Below the pieces are notes generated by a model. It ran no database searches and was not told where the DNA came from. It was given only the letters and a program-made list of their open reading frames with translations. A DNA stretch of 64,000 nt, taken from an uncultured delta proteobacterium (lineage in GTDB: Bacteria > Desulfobacterota > Binatia > UBA9968). Location of the stretch: assembly GCA_963745035.1 (NCBI GenBank), contig CAVUVW010000017.1, positions 96,001 to 160,000 of the forward strand, read 5' to 3'. Position numbers and translations under genes: made by a program. Below are positions 32,159 to 42,815 of the stretch, piece by piece; positions within the stretch are counted from its first letter, which is position 1; every line of letters begins with the position of its first letter.

Positions 32159-33163
32159 GTGACTAAGCAGAGACTCATCGTTAGCTTCCTGCTGGCATTC
32201 CTTATTGGCTTGGCTCTCAGGCCGGCTCGCTGCGCAAGCGGACAAAGCGCTGTTGACCGGGGTTGCCGGGCCCGCGATCAGTCTAACTTATGCATTTGTG
32301 GCTCAGGACGCCGGGCTTTGGAAAAAACACGGGCTGGACACTCGCGTGATCGTGTTCGAAGCCGGCTCGACCCTCGCTCAGGTGGCGCGCTCCGGCGATG
32401 TGAAGTTTGCCATCAATTCCGGTCCGACCACGATCGCCGCCCGCACCCAGGGCGCCGACTCCGTGATCATCGCCTCTCTGGTCAACACGCTCCCGTACAG
32501 CTTGGTGGTCGCGAAAGGAATAAGTAAATGGAGTGATCTCAAAGGGTAAGAAGATCGCGATCAGCCGTTTCGGTTCGGGAACCGATACGGCGATCCGTCT
32601 CGTGTGCAAGAAATTCGGCCTCGATCCGGTAAAAGACATCATCATTCTACAGGGCGGCACCCAGCCGAGTCGCCTCCAGGCTCTGGCTGCGGGCGCCATC
32701 GACGGGACATTGGTCTCCCCGCCGCTGGACTTGACCGCGAAGAAACAGGGCTATCCGATCATGGTCAATATTGCGGAGTTGGGCATTCCCTATCCTCAAC
32801 TCGTGATCGAAACCACCGACCGGTTCAATCGGGAAAACCCCCACCTGGTCAAAAACTTTCCTCAAAGGCTTCATCGAAGGCGTTCACTACGTCGCGACGC
32901 ACAAGGAAGAAACCAAGAAGATCATCACCAAGTATCTGAAGACCTCGGATCCCGAAATTCTCGAAGCAACCTATCAAAGTTTCATGCAAGTCACCGACTA
33001 CAGCGGCAATCCGAATATCGAAGGCGTGCGCAACGCCATCGACGAAGTGGCGCAGCGCGTTCCTGCGGCGAAATCGAAGAAACCCGAAGATTTCATCGAC
33101 ACGCGATTTTTAAAGGAGCTGGATAAGGAAGGTTTCTTCAAGCAGCTTCAACGTAAAAGCTAG
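32159..33163 (+). CDS. ABC transporter substrate-binding protein, NMT1/SsuA-like (several frameshifts)
   Basis: Signal peptide; AQDAGLWKKHGLD, LKGKKIAISRFGSGTD; C-terminus FIDTRFLKELDKEGFF across frames. Confidence 0.8.
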
Positions 33164-33354
33164 GAAATCTGGACTCCCCGCCCTTCAAGCACGTCGGCAT
33201 TCCTACCCAAACCCTCTTCGGCAATCCGGTCGCCGCCTCGTCCGGCAGAAGGCCGTCACACGCGCGGGTGAAGTAGCGGTAAAATAGCAGGAGATGAAAT
33301 TCGCATCCGGGCACTCGGTCACTTGCCTTGATGCAGATGCGAAATCAATAAAGG

Positions 33355-33501
33355 CTACCGATCGCGCGTGCGACGGAATGGTTTTCGCTGCGCTAGAAAT
33401 AGATTTTCCCTGATCTGATTCGGTTTTTCCACGAACATGCGGAGACCGGTAAAGACAAAGATAATCGCCAATAGCGCGTAAGCAATGATGTCTGAGAGCA
33501 T
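33355..33501 (-). CDS. Small 48-aa single-TM protein
   Basis: RBS AAGGGAGG; MLSDIIAYALLAIIFVFTGLR... with a basic tail. Confidence 0.45.
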   Translation of the reverse strand: MLSDIIAYALLAIIFVFTGLRMFVEKPNQIRENLFLAQRKPFRRTRDR

Positions 33502-33743
33502 GGCCCCTCCCTTGAGCTCAACGTAATTGCGGCCTAACGCAAGACGCGAGCCAGAAAAGAGGCAAGCCTCTACCAACCTAAGCCACCGGATATTCAAGAA
33601 TTCTGGCGCGAGCGGATCCGTTCAATTAACGGGCTGCACAATTGTTGAACAGAAGTGGACCACAAACGACAAAAACGCTTTCTGGCGAAGTTCTAACGCC
33701 ATAGCTCCAGAGTGTATTCGGATCGATGCGTGCGCCTCAAACA

Positions 33744-35714
33744 TCAACTCAAGGGTGCCTTTGCCTGCCTCGCGGCGGTAGTCTTTTCGCCGTTCTCTTG
33801 GCGCGCGAGCCATTCGATGCTCGCAAGCAAAATGGCCAACAAGAATCCGCTGCCGTTAATCACCCACGTCAGAGTTGCAAACTTTCCGCTCTCGATGACC
33901 GGTATCAGTAGCGCAGTCGCGGCCATCAGAAATAATGCGCGCTTAACCACACCGATCGGGCGGAAGAGATATCCTACTATGCCGACGCCGAGAAAGATCG
34001 CGCCGATAATCGCGGTAAAAACCGAAAGAACAACTTCATACCACTGGCCGACGAGCAAGAGCGCCGGCGAGAAAACAAACAGAAACGGGACAATATAAGC
34101 AATCGCGCACAGCCGCATGGCATGCCAGCCGGTTTTCACCGGATCGGTCTTGCCGATCGACGCTGCGGCATAGCTTGCCATGCACACTGGCGGTGTGACC
34201 ATGCTTAGCATGCCGAAGTAGAAAATGAACAGATGCGCGGCGATCGGCAGAATGCCGAGCTTGGCGAGGCCTGGCGCAACCAGCACGGCGAGCAGGACGT
34301 ACACCGCGGTCGTCGGCATGCCCATGCCAAGGATGATGCTGACGATAGCGGTAAGCACGAGCAGCAACAACGCGTTGCTCTGGCCGATGTTGAGCAAGGT
34401 CAACGTCAACGTAAAGCCGAGACCAGTAAGCTGCAAAACGCCGATGACCACCCCCGCTAAACCGGTAATCGCCGCGATCTCGAGCATGCCCCGCCCCGAG
34501 TTGATGAGAATTTTGAGCAGCTCTTGCCGGCCGATCCTCACGCCTGGAGTCAAAAAACCGATGATCAGGGCGGCTAGGGCCGCCATCAGCCCCGCCTCCT
34601 CGGGGCGGCGATTGAGAACGAACATCAGCACGATCAGTACCGCTAACGGGCCAACAAAAGTCGCCGAGCGTTTTAGCACCGGGAGTAATCGCGGCAGCTC
34701 GCTCGGCGGCAAGCCATGGATACCGCCGCGCGCAGCCAACAGGTCCACCTGGATAAAAAGCGCCACGTAATAGAGCACCGCCGGCACCAGCGCGGCGAGC
34801 GCGACACTCGCGTAAGGAATCTGCAGATACTCGGCGATCAAGAATGCCGCGGCGCCCATCACCGGCGGCATGATCTGGCCGCCGGTGGAAGCTACAGCCT
34901 CGACTGCGGAAGCGACCGGCGCCGGATAGCCCGCCCTTTTCATCATGGGAATCGTGAACGCGCCATCGACGACGACGTTGGCCACCGCGCTCCCGCTGAT
35001 ATTACCGAACAGGCTGGACGAGACGATGGCAATCTTGGCCTGGCCGCCGCGAAACCGGCCCATGAGCGCCAGCGAAAAATCACTCAGAAACTCGGCGCCC
35101 CCGACGACGTAAAGCACTTCACCGAAAATCACGAACACGACGACGATGCTCGCGCCGACCTGCAGCGCCTGGCCGAAGATCCCATTGGCGTCAAGGTAGA
35201 GATAAGTCGCAATCCGGCTGATCGACCAACCGCGGCCATAAAAATCGCCCGGGAAAATGTACGCGAACAATGCGTACACGAGAAAACATGCCGCGATGAT
35301 GACCAGCGGCCAGCCCACCAGCCGGCGCGACGCCTCGGCCAAAAGCAGCACCGTCACGCAGCCCAAGACCACCCGCTCCGTCGAAATGTCGCCGAGAGAG
35401 TTAACGATCGAAGGATAGTAGACAAAAATATAGAGACCGATGGTCAGACCGGCCAGGGCCGCGACCCGATCGTACCAGGGAAATGAGCGCAGGGCCGGCG
35501 CCGGCTTGCCGGGAATCAAGAGATAGGTCGAGCACAGGGCCAATCCGAGGAAGAGCCCCATGTACTGCTCGTTAAAAACCAGCCAGCCGACGTACTGCGG
35601 AATATTGAGCAGGAAGAAGATGCCGCACAGCGGAATCGCCATCAACAGCCCGCGGCCGACGATGTTGAGAATGCCGCTCAGCTCGCGGGCGCGTACGCTT
35701 TCTTCAGCTTCCAA
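33744..35714 (-). CDS. TRAP (TAXI) transporter fused permease, 4TM/12TM
   Basis: SGSAVANV, EAVASTGGQIMPPVMGAAAF, LGMGMPT, TPPVC. Confidence 0.93.
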   Translation of the reverse strand: MEAEESVRARELSGILNIVGRGLLMAIPLCGIFFLLNIPQYVGWLVFNEQYMGLFLGLALCSTYLLIPGKPAPALRSFPWYDRVAALAGLTIGLYIFVYYPSIVNSLGDISTERVVLGCVTVLLLAEASRRLVGWPLVIIAACFLVYALFAYIFPGDFYGRGWSISRIATYLYLDANGIFGQALQVGASIVVVFVIFGEVLYVVGGAEFLSDFSLALMGRFRGGQAKIAIVSSSLFGNISGSAVANVVVDGAFTIPMMKRAGYPAPVASAVEAVASTGGQIMPPVMGAAAFLIAEYLQIPYASVALAALVPAVLYYVALFIQVDLLAARGGIHGLPPSELPRLLPVLKRSATFVGPLAVLIVLMFVLNRRPEEAGLMAALAALIIGFLTPGVRIGRQELLKILINSGRGMLEIAAITGLAGVVIGVLQLTGLGFTLTLTLLNIGQSNALLLLVLTAIVSIILGMGMPTTAVYVLLAVLVAPGLAKLGILPIAAHLFIFYFGMLSMVTPPVCMASYAAASIGKTDPVKTGWHAMRLCAIAYIVPFLFVFSPALLLVGQWYEVVLSVFTAIIGAIFLGVGIVGYLFRPIGVVKRALFLMAATALLIPVIESGKFATLTWVINGSGFLLAILLASIEWLARQENGEKTTAARQAKAPLS

Positions 35715-35814
35715 GAATCATTCTCCTGCCAGTCATCGATGACTTGCTCGGCACCGCTCGTGGACTCAATACGGATCGCACGGCGCTGCGCCGGATGGAT
35801 CGGCGCTTGCCGGG

Positions 35815-36861
35815 CTATTTCTGAGCACAAATTTCCTTGGTGCGGGCCTCGTGCTTGGCCGTCCATAGCCCCACCTCTTTGTAAAATCGCACCGCTCCCG
35901 AGTGATACGGCACAGTGAAATTCGTGAGCGCCTGCGTATCTTTGGTCCAGCGTTTCAGCAGCGGGTGAATGGTTTGAATCTCGGCTAAATTGTCCCACCA
36001 AGCTTTGAGCAAGGTCGCCACGGTCTTGTCGCTGACTTTGGCGGAGCTCACCAACTGAAGAGGATACCCGATCACATAAGTTTCGCCTTTAATCCCGGTG
36101 GCAGGGTCGGATTTGACCACAGAGGCGCCGTAGCGGCTGAGAATTTTATTGGCCGCCTCTGTGTTCGGCACGCTGAGAAAGCGAATCGGTTCCATAGCGT
36201 TGGCTTCTTCGACTACGCCGATACCGACCGCGGTGAACGAAGCATCCACCTTTCCCTCGGGCACGTTGCGGATGCCGTCGTTGAGATTCGACACACGCAC
36301 TTGCACGACGTCGGACGCTTTCAGACCACCCGCTTCCATCACAGCATTTTGCCATGTTTGGTTGATCGCATGGCCACCGTAATCCCACGCCATCCGCTTG
36401 CCTTTGAGATCACTGATCTGCTTCGCGTCCGATTTATCGCGCACAATCAGCCCCGCTGTAAACGGGAACACGCCGCCGGAAATGACGCGCACGCTGGGAT
36501 AAGCCGCTTTGTAGTTCCCGGTCCCGGTCGCGGCCATGTGAGAATCGAGAATATTGATGATGCCCATCTCCAACTCGCCGTTCTCCAGCAGCGGCATCCA
36601 GGCATTAGGGCCATTGTAGGGTTGCACTTTTGTGCCGATCGGCGTCGCTTTGCTCGCCACCGCAGCAAGCGCCGACGCGATCGCGTGCGCGCCGGTGCCG
36701 GCCGGATTGGTGCCGATGGCCGCCGTTCGCGGCAAGGCGTCGCTCTTGGTGGTCGACGGGCCGCAGTCGAGCTTCGCCTGAGCGAAAGGCGCCTGCGCCG
36801 CGAAAAACAATGCCACCGCGGCGAGCGCGGTAATTCTCTGGAACGGTTTTCTCTGAACCAT
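35815..36861 (-). CDS. TAXI-family TRAP solute receptor
   Basis: Signal peptide; IGTNPAGT, DLKGKR, PYHSGAVRFYKEVG. Confidence 0.9.
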   Translation of the reverse strand: MVQRKPFQRITALAAVALFFAAQAPFAQAKLDCGPSTTKSDALPRTAAIGTNPAGTGAHAIASALAAVASKATPIGTKVQPYNGPNAWMPLLENGELEMGIINILDSHMAATGTGNYKAAYPSVRVISGGVFPFTAGLIVRDKSDAKQISDLKGKRMAWDYGGHAINQTWQNAVMEAGGLKASDVVQVRVSNLNDGIRNVPEGKVDASFTAVGIGVVEEANAMEPIRFLSVPNTEAANKILSRYGASVVKSDPATGIKGETYVIGYPLQLVSSAKVSDKTVATLLKAWWDNLAEIQTIHPLLKRWTKDTQALTNFTVPYHSGAVRFYKEVGLWTAKHEARTKEICAQK

Positions 36862-36892
36862 TACTCCATCACTCCTTTGCTCCAGTACTCCA
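36861..36892. repeat. Half copy of the 8-mer (GGAGTNAT-type) repeat element
   Basis: TTACTCCA TCACTCCT TTGCTCCA GTACTCCA; same unit as at 11523-11596. Confidence 0.7.
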
Positions 36893-36902
36893 GTTTATTT
36901 TT

Positions 36903-37946
36903 CTAACCGCAGATTTCCTTCGTGCGCGCGTCATGCTTGGCGGTCCAGACGCCAGCTTCGCGGTAAAACTTTACGGCTCCCGAATGATACGGCACGGTGA
37001 AGTTGGTGATCGCTTGAACGTCCTTGGTCCACTTTTTAAATTGCGGATGGATCGTTTGCAGCTCGGCGTGATTATCCCACCATGCCTTGAGCAAGGTCGC
37101 CACGGTGCGATCGCTGACTTTGGTCGAGGAGGCGAGATGCAGCGGATAGCCGATGACGTCGGTGTCACCGCGGATGCCGGTGGTAGGATCCTGCTTTACG
37201 ATCGATCCGCCGTATTTGGCAAGGATCTTGTTGGAGGCGTCGCCCGGCGGCAGGCTGAGAAAGCGAATCGGCTCCATGGCGTTGGCTTCCTCGTTGATAC
37301 CGATGCCGATGGCCGCGAAGGTCGCATCGACTCTGCCTTCAGGCACCGCGCGAATCGCGTCGTTCAAATTGGAGAAGCGCACCTGCACCACGTCGCTCGG
37401 CTTGAGACCGCTCACTTCCATGGCCGCGTTTTGCCAAGTTTGTGTGATCATGTGGCCGCCGAAGTCCCATGCCATGCGCTTGCCTTTCAAATCACTCGGC
37501 CGTTTGATCTCCGATTTGTCGCGCACCATGATGCTGCCGGTGAAGGGAAACACGCCACCGGAGACGATGCGTAGCATCGGATAGGCTTTCTTGTAATTGC
37601 CGCTGCCCGTCATCGCCATGTAGGAGTCGAGAATGTTGATGATGCCGAATTCGACCTCGCCGTTTTCCATGAGCGGCATCCAGGCATTTGGGCCGTTGTA
37701 GGGCTGCACTTTCGCGCCGATCGGCGTTGCCCGGCTCGCCACGGCCGATAAACCGGATGCCAAGGCGTGCGCGCCGGTGCCGGCCAGGTTCGAGGCAATC
37801 GCCACGGTGCGCGGCAAGTCATTGCTCGTGTTCACCACCGGGCTGCAATTGACTTTCGCCCAAGCTCGAGCTTGAAACTGGTGATGAGCCAGAAACAGAA
37901 AATTTACAGCGAGCGAAATGCGCAAGACCAAGTTTACGCGCTTCAT
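36903..37946 (-). CDS. TAXI-family TRAP solute receptor (tandem paralog)
   Basis: Shares KVQPYNGPNAWMPL, DLKGKRMAWD, EEANAMEPIRFL and TNFTVPYHSGAV with the neighbour. Confidence 0.9.
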   Translation of the reverse strand: MKRVNLVLRISLAVNFLFLAHHQFQARAWAKVNCSPVVNTSNDLPRTVAIASNLAGTGAHALASGLSAVASRATPIGAKVQPYNGPNAWMPLMENGEVEFGIINILDSYMAMTGSGNYKKAYPMLRIVSGGVFPFTGSIMVRDKSEIKRPSDLKGKRMAWDFGGHMITQTWQNAAMEVSGLKPSDVVQVRFSNLNDAIRAVPEGRVDATFAAIGIGINEEANAMEPIRFLSLPPGDASNKILAKYGGSIVKQDPTTGIRGDTDVIGYPLHLASSTKVSDRTVATLLKAWWDNHAELQTIHPQFKKWTKDVQAITNFTVPYHSGAVKFYREAGVWTAKHDARTKEICG

Positions 37947-37975
37947 TTAATAACCGCCTCCTTTTCCGTTGCTCG

Positions 37976-39040
37976 TCAATCCTTCAGCCGGTAAAACCGC
38001 CGTGCGTTCTCGGCGAGAATCTTGCGCTTCGCTGAGTCCGAGATATCCGCGCGCGCCTCGATGCCGGGAATGTCTTCTAAATATTGCGCGCGTTGCCGCT
38101 CATGCGGGTAGTCCGAAGCGAAAAAGATATGGTCATCGCCGAAGAGTTCCAGCACATAGGGCAGTGTGCGCTCCTCGGACTCGAGCGAAGCGTAGACCTG
38201 CCCGCCCTTGATATACTCGCTCGGCATTCGTTTGAGTCGCGGCGCCCACTTCTTGCCGCGCCGCTCGAAGTCCTCGTCGAGCCGGTCCATCATGAAAGGG
38301 ATCCAGCCCGCGCCTGCTTCCAAATAGGCCACGCGCAATTGCGGAAACAGCTCGAAGACGCCTTGAAAAATCATGTTGGTGAGCTGGATCATCAGCGGCA
38401 GAGGGTGTTCCAGCGCATGCACTTCGACGAAACTCTCAAAAAAGTCGAAGCCCAGGCCGCGGCTCGGCGCGCCATGAATCGCGAGCGGCATGTCGAGCTT
38501 GCAAGCCTCTTCATAGATCGGAAAGAAACTCTCGTGGCCGTAACCTTTGCGCAGCCGCGTCACCGACGGCAGCATGGCGCCGGGCATGCCCAGCTCGTTT
38601 TTTACACGCCGCATCTCTTGGACGGCAGCCGAGACGTCGTGGATCGGGATCAGCGCAGCGCCGAGGATGCGCGGCGTTCGTTTCATATAAGTCGCGTGCA
38701 ACCAGGAATTATACGCGCGCGCGATATCGACGGCCCAAACCGGATCTTGGATCAGCCCGAACGCCAGGGCAGCGGTCGGATAGACGACGGTCGCTTGAAT
38801 GCCGCACTCGTCGAGAAAAGAAATCCAGGTATCGCAATCGGGATAATCGCGCAGCCCGGGCGAGCTCATGCCCGAAAGCCGCGCCCAGCCGTCGAGTGAG
38901 GGAAACGGCGAAAACGTATCCGCCCAACTCTCATCTTTGCTGGTGCCGCGATAGTTGCCGCCGAGATATTCGAGAATCTCCTTGCTGCGCTCGGTGATGT
39001 GACCATCACCGTCGATGACAGGAAAGCGATTTTGTCTCAT
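37976..39040 (-). CDS. Amidohydrolase family protein (Amidohydro_2)
   Basis: IDGDGH, ARAYNSW, AIHG, LEAGAGW, FASDYPH, ENARRFY. Confidence 0.9.
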   Translation of the reverse strand: MRQNRFPVIDGDGHITERSKEILEYLGGNYRGTSKDESWADTFSPFPSLDGWARLSGMSSPGLRDYPDCDTWISFLDECGIQATVVYPTAALAFGLIQDPVWAVDIARAYNSWLHATYMKRTPRILGAALIPIHDVSAAVQEMRRVKNELGMPGAMLPSVTRLRKGYGHESFFPIYEEACKLDMPLAIHGAPSRGLGFDFFESFVEVHALEHPLPLMIQLTNMIFQGVFELFPQLRVAYLEAGAGWIPFMMDRLDEDFERRGKKWAPRLKRMPSEYIKGGQVYASLESEERTLPYVLELFGDDHIFFASDYPHERQRAQYLEDIPGIEARADISDSAKRKILAENARRFYRLKD

Positions 39041-39208
39041 GCGGGTGGACTGCCCTCCATAGCACGGTCAAGCGCGCGCTATGCGCCGCTATGTATCTAC
39101 CGACTGCCGTCGCATTGTCAAGCTCGTCGAGTTAAAGAAGCCGGTTCGCTTTTGGAAATTGGTAATGGTGCAGTTTTGAGTCCGATGGACACATTGGACT
39201 CAGGGGAA

Positions 39209-39280
39209 AGATTCCTCACATCCGTTCGGAATGACGAACAAAAACAACGGACCTGTCATCTCGAACGAAGTGAGAGATCC
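39209..39280. repeat. REP-like palindromic element, copy 1
   Basis: AGATTCCTCACATCCGTTCGGAATGAC, spacer, CCTGTCATCTCGAACGAAGTGAGAGATC; imperfect inverted arms. Confidence 0.75.
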
Positions 39281-39328
39281 TTCTGAACTGAACCACGACC
39301 GGAAATCGGGTCTGCCGATGACTGCGGA

Positions 39329-40390
39329 CTAGATTTTGTAAAAGCGCCGCGCGTTTTCTCGCAAAACGGCGCGTTTATCCTCATCCGATATCGACGCTTC
39401 GGCGACCTCCTCGATCTCATGCATGATGTCGTCCGGGCCGATCTCATGGGGAAAATCGCTGGCGAACAAAAAGTGCTGATTGCCGGCTCGTTGAATTTGG
39501 TAGGGCAAGCCTTCTTCATTGCCCTCACAGCCGATGAACACCTGGCCGTTCTTGATGTAGTCGCTCGGGCGCTGCTCGGCGGACGGTCCCTTGTATTTGC
39601 CGCGCAGGTCAAGTTCCAGATGATAGGAATGCGACCGGTCCAGGCGGTCCATCCAGAACGTCACCCAACCGGCGCCGCCCTCCAAAAACCCCATGCGCAG
39701 CCGCGGAAACTGATCGAACACGCCGTGATACACCATGCCGGTAAATGCGATGATCAGGGACAACGGATGGCCGAGGCCGTGGATGGGAATAAAAGTCTCG
39801 AAGGTGTCCAGGCCCATGCCGTGATGGGCGCCGCCGTGCACTCCCAACGCGCAACCCAGACGCTCCGCTTCGGCGTAGATGGGCCAGTAGGTTTTGTGCC
39901 CGAGATCGAGCGGCAGCCCGCGCGACGGCAGCATGGCGCCGACGAAACCCAACTCGGTGATGGCGCGGCGCAACTCGACGACCGCTTCGTCGACGTCCTG
40001 CAGAGGCAGAAGCGCCATGCCCTTGAGCCGTGGACTCTGCTTCAAATAACGATCGTGCAGCCAATTGTTATAAGCGCGCGCCACGTAGCAAGCCCAATCG
40101 GGATGGCTGATGTTGCCGATGCGCAGCCCCTTGGTCGGGAACAGCACCGCGGATTCGATATCCGCCATCTCGACGAACTCCATCCACTCCTTCGGCCCGA
40201 CCCGCTTGCCGCCGCCGAAGGATTTCTTGTTCCGCGTGCTGTGCCCGCCGATATGATGAAAATCCAACGACGGGAACAACCGGTCCCAGCTCAACTGATG
40301 ATCCTGCTCCCGGTAAGATTTCTCCAAATAGTCGAACAGACTTTCGTCCTCGATCACATGCCCGTCCGCATCGATAATTTTATAATCCAT
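39329..40390 (-). CDS. Amidohydrolase family protein (Amidohydro_2)
   Basis: IDADGH, ARAYNNW, GVHG, LEGGAGW, FASDFPH. Confidence 0.9.
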   Translation of the reverse strand: MDYKIIDADGHVIEDESLFDYLEKSYREQDHQLSWDRLFPSLDFHHIGGHSTRNKKSFGGGKRVGPKEWMEFVEMADIESAVLFPTKGLRIGNISHPDWACYVARAYNNWLHDRYLKQSPRLKGMALLPLQDVDEAVVELRRAITELGFVGAMLPSRGLPLDLGHKTYWPIYAEAERLGCALGVHGGAHHGMGLDTFETFIPIHGLGHPLSLIIAFTGMVYHGVFDQFPRLRMGFLEGGAGWVTFWMDRLDRSHSYHLELDLRGKYKGPSAEQRPSDYIKNGQVFIGCEGNEEGLPYQIQRAGNQHFLFASDFPHEIGPDDIMHEIEEVAEASISDEDKRAVLRENARRFYKI

Positions 40391-40439
40391 CGTTCCTCCG
40401 CAGCTTGTTGCTACCTAGTTCGAAAAGCAGGACGAGAAC

Positions 40440-40523
40440 TCACCGCAGAGGCGCGGAGAACGCGGAGGGCTTCTTAGTTAAAGAACACTCCGAAGCTCTG
40501 CGAACTCTGCGCCTCTGCGGTGA
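40440..40523. repeat. Inverted 9-mer tandem-repeat element
   Basis: TCACCGCAGAGGCGC(GGAGAACGCGGAG)...(CTCTGCGAACTCT)GCGCCTCTGCGGTGA; 15-bp perfect terminal inverted repeat. Confidence 0.85.
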
Positions 40524-40555
40524 AATATCGTTTCGACTTTTTGGGTCTTTCGCCG

Positions 40556-41539
40556 CTACTTGCCATCTTTCAGCTCACGCAATGCCTCATTCAAATAATT
40601 CTCGTCGATGTATTTCGCCGGGCTCGGCAGCGGCCCCTTCGTCTGGTTTTGTTCCGCCGTCATCTGGATGACCGCTTTCATTCCCTCCAGGTTCACATGA
40701 CCATCGTAGTCCCATGCCTTGTTGCCGGCGTAATATTGCCAAGCCCGGCGCGCGTGCGCGGGCTTGAAACCAAATTCTTTGATCATGAAATCCGTCGCCG
40801 CGCTCTCGTTGTCCTGCAGCCAGCGCACCGCGCGCACCCAGCCTTTGAGAAAGCGCACCTGCAAGCGGCGATTTTTCTCCGACCATGCACGGCTTCCGGC
40901 CAGCACCGTCAGTTGATAATTCGGGAACACTTCCATGAAGCTGCCGATCGCATGATAGCCCAGCTCCTCGGCGGCGAAATTGTACGGCAGTGCCAGCGGC
41001 GCAGCCGCGATCTGATTGGAAGTGAGCGCGGTAAAAAGCTGCGGCGTGCCGCCGATGATAAGCAACTTGTAGTCGCGCGGATATTCCAGGCCCTTGGCCT
41101 TGAGCACATGGCGTAGCACCAGCCCGGTTCCCGCCGTTAAGCTGATCGTGCCCACCGTCGCGCCGCGCAGATCGTCGAACGTTTTGTAGTTTTTGCCGCC
41201 CAAAATCCAGTGCGCCAGCCGCTGCGTGTTGCCAGCGATGATGGCGGCATCCAAGCCGCGGTCGGCAGCGATCATGGGCGCATCGGGAGCTAAGAGCGCG
41301 GCATACACCGAGCCGCCGATCAGAGCCTGGATCGATCTATCGGAGCCGCGAATGACGATGGGTTGAACATCGAGGCCCTGCTGAGCAAAAAACCCCTGCC
41401 TCACCCCCGCCCACAGCGGACTGTAGCCCGCCGTCTTCGTCGAGGCCGCCACGGGAAATGTGATTTTCTCCTGGCCCATCGTGGGCGAGGCAGAACAGAC
41501 AAGCACGAAGACAAGAAGAAATTTCGTGAGCGCGGTCAT
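40556..41539 (-). CDS. ABC transporter substrate-binding protein, NMT1/SsuA-like
   Basis: Signal peptide; GFFAQQGLDV, DLRGATVG, RFLKGW, YIDENYL. Confidence 0.85.
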   Translation of the reverse strand: MTALTKFLLVFVLVCSASPTMGQEKITFPVAASTKTAGYSPLWAGVRQGFFAQQGLDVQPIVIRGSDRSIQALIGGSVYAALLAPDAPMIAADRGLDAAIIAGNTQRLAHWILGGKNYKTFDDLRGATVGTISLTAGTGLVLRHVLKAKGLEYPRDYKLLIIGGTPQLFTALTSNQIAAAPLALPYNFAAEELGYHAIGSFMEVFPNYQLTVLAGSRAWSEKNRRLQVRFLKGWVRAVRWLQDNESAATDFMIKEFGFKPAHARRAWQYYAGNKAWDYDGHVNLEGMKAVIQMTAEQNQTKGPLPSPAKYIDENYLNEALRELKDGK

Positions 41540-41575
41540 CACCACCTCGTCCCTTTGTCCTTGGCCGGGCATACT

Positions 41576-42634
41576 TCAGTTCCAAACCGTGATGCCCATC
41601 AAGTTCGTTCCAGCTTCCAAATCATGAAAGGCGTCGTTGATCTCGTCGAATCGATAGCGTTTGGAGATCAAGCCCGCGACATCGACCCGCTTGTCGCGCA
41701 CCATGTTGAGCACCTCGACGACATCGGTAGGGCGCCGCAGCGCCACGCCGGCGATTTTGATCTCTTGCATGGTGAAGCTGCCGTCGCTGATCGTGAACGG
41801 CACTTTGCCGAGACCGCCGATGATCGTCGCCGTGCCGCCCGGCCGGGTCGCTTGGATGATTTGATCGGCGGTCTTGACGTTGCCGAGCGCCTCGAAGGCT
41901 TTGTTCACGCCGCCGTCGGTCATGTCGCGCACCGCTTTCACCGGATCCTCTTTCGCGCCGTTGACCGTGTGAGTTGCGCCGAATCTTTTTGCGGCCTCGA
42001 GCTTGGCATCGAGGACATCGACGGCGATAATCGGATAGGCGCCGAAAATGCGCAGGAATTGAATCGTGTTGAGACCGACGCCGCCGCAGCCGATCACGAG
42101 AGCTGAATCGCCCGGTTTGATCTCGGCCGAATTTTTCACCGCGTTGTACGCCGTCGTCATGCGGCAGCCTACGACGCTCGCTTCGTCGATGGACAAGCCT
42201 TCCGGCAGCTTGAAAATCATGTAGCCCGGCAAAGCGAGATACTGCGAAAACCCGCCGACGTTCCAGCGGTAGATCTCCTGCCCGTCGGTCCGCTTCAAAG
42301 ACGCCGGCGCGGGTCGTGCCCGGCAGAGATTTTCCCGCCCCGAAACACAGTACTGACAATGGCCGCAACGATAGCGCGTGCCCACGATGACGGCATCGCC
42401 GGGCTTGAAAGCGCTTCGCTGGCTGCTTCCCACCTCTTCGATCGTACCGGAGACCTCATGTCCAATGATTGCCGGCATGCGACTCTGGATACGTCCTTCG
42501 ATGACCTTGTGGTCGGTGTGACAAACCCCGCAAGCCTTGACCTTGATCAGGACCTCATCCGGAGAAATCGCCGGTATCTCGAAATCTTCGATGCTCAACG
42601 AGCCGTGAACTTTGTGCAGAACCGCAGCTTTCAT
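41576..42634 (-). CDS. Zn-dependent medium-chain alcohol dehydrogenase
   Basis: GVCHTD, GHE, CGHCQYC...C, GCGGVG. Confidence 0.92.
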   Translation of the reverse strand: MKAAVLHKVHGSLSIEDFEIPAISPDEVLIKVKACGVCHTDHKVIEGRIQSRMPAIIGHEVSGTIEEVGSSQRSAFKPGDAVIVGTRYRCGHCQYCVSGRENLCRARPAPASLKRTDGQEIYRWNVGGFSQYLALPGYMIFKLPEGLSIDEASVVGCRMTTAYNAVKNSAEIKPGDSALVIGCGGVGLNTIQFLRIFGAYPIIAVDVLDAKLEAAKRFGATHTVNGAKEDPVKAVRDMTDGGVNKAFEALGNVKTADQIIQATRPGGTATIIGGLGKVPFTISDGSFTMQEIKIAGVALRRPTDVVEVLNMVRDKRVDVAGLISKRYRFDEINDAFHDLEAGTNLMGITVWN

Positions 42635-42815
42635 GCGCGCAGCCTCCTTCGGTGCAACTATGCGAACCTATGACAACAGCGTCAGCGCTTGTCAAACCAA
42701 TGAGACGTCGAGAAAGATTCCCTGCTCATTGGGTTACTTCTTCGAAACTAGGTACTTGACCGTTCGCCCTGAGCCGTGTCGAAGGGCTCCGGTAGAGTTT
42801 GAAACACTGCCACGG

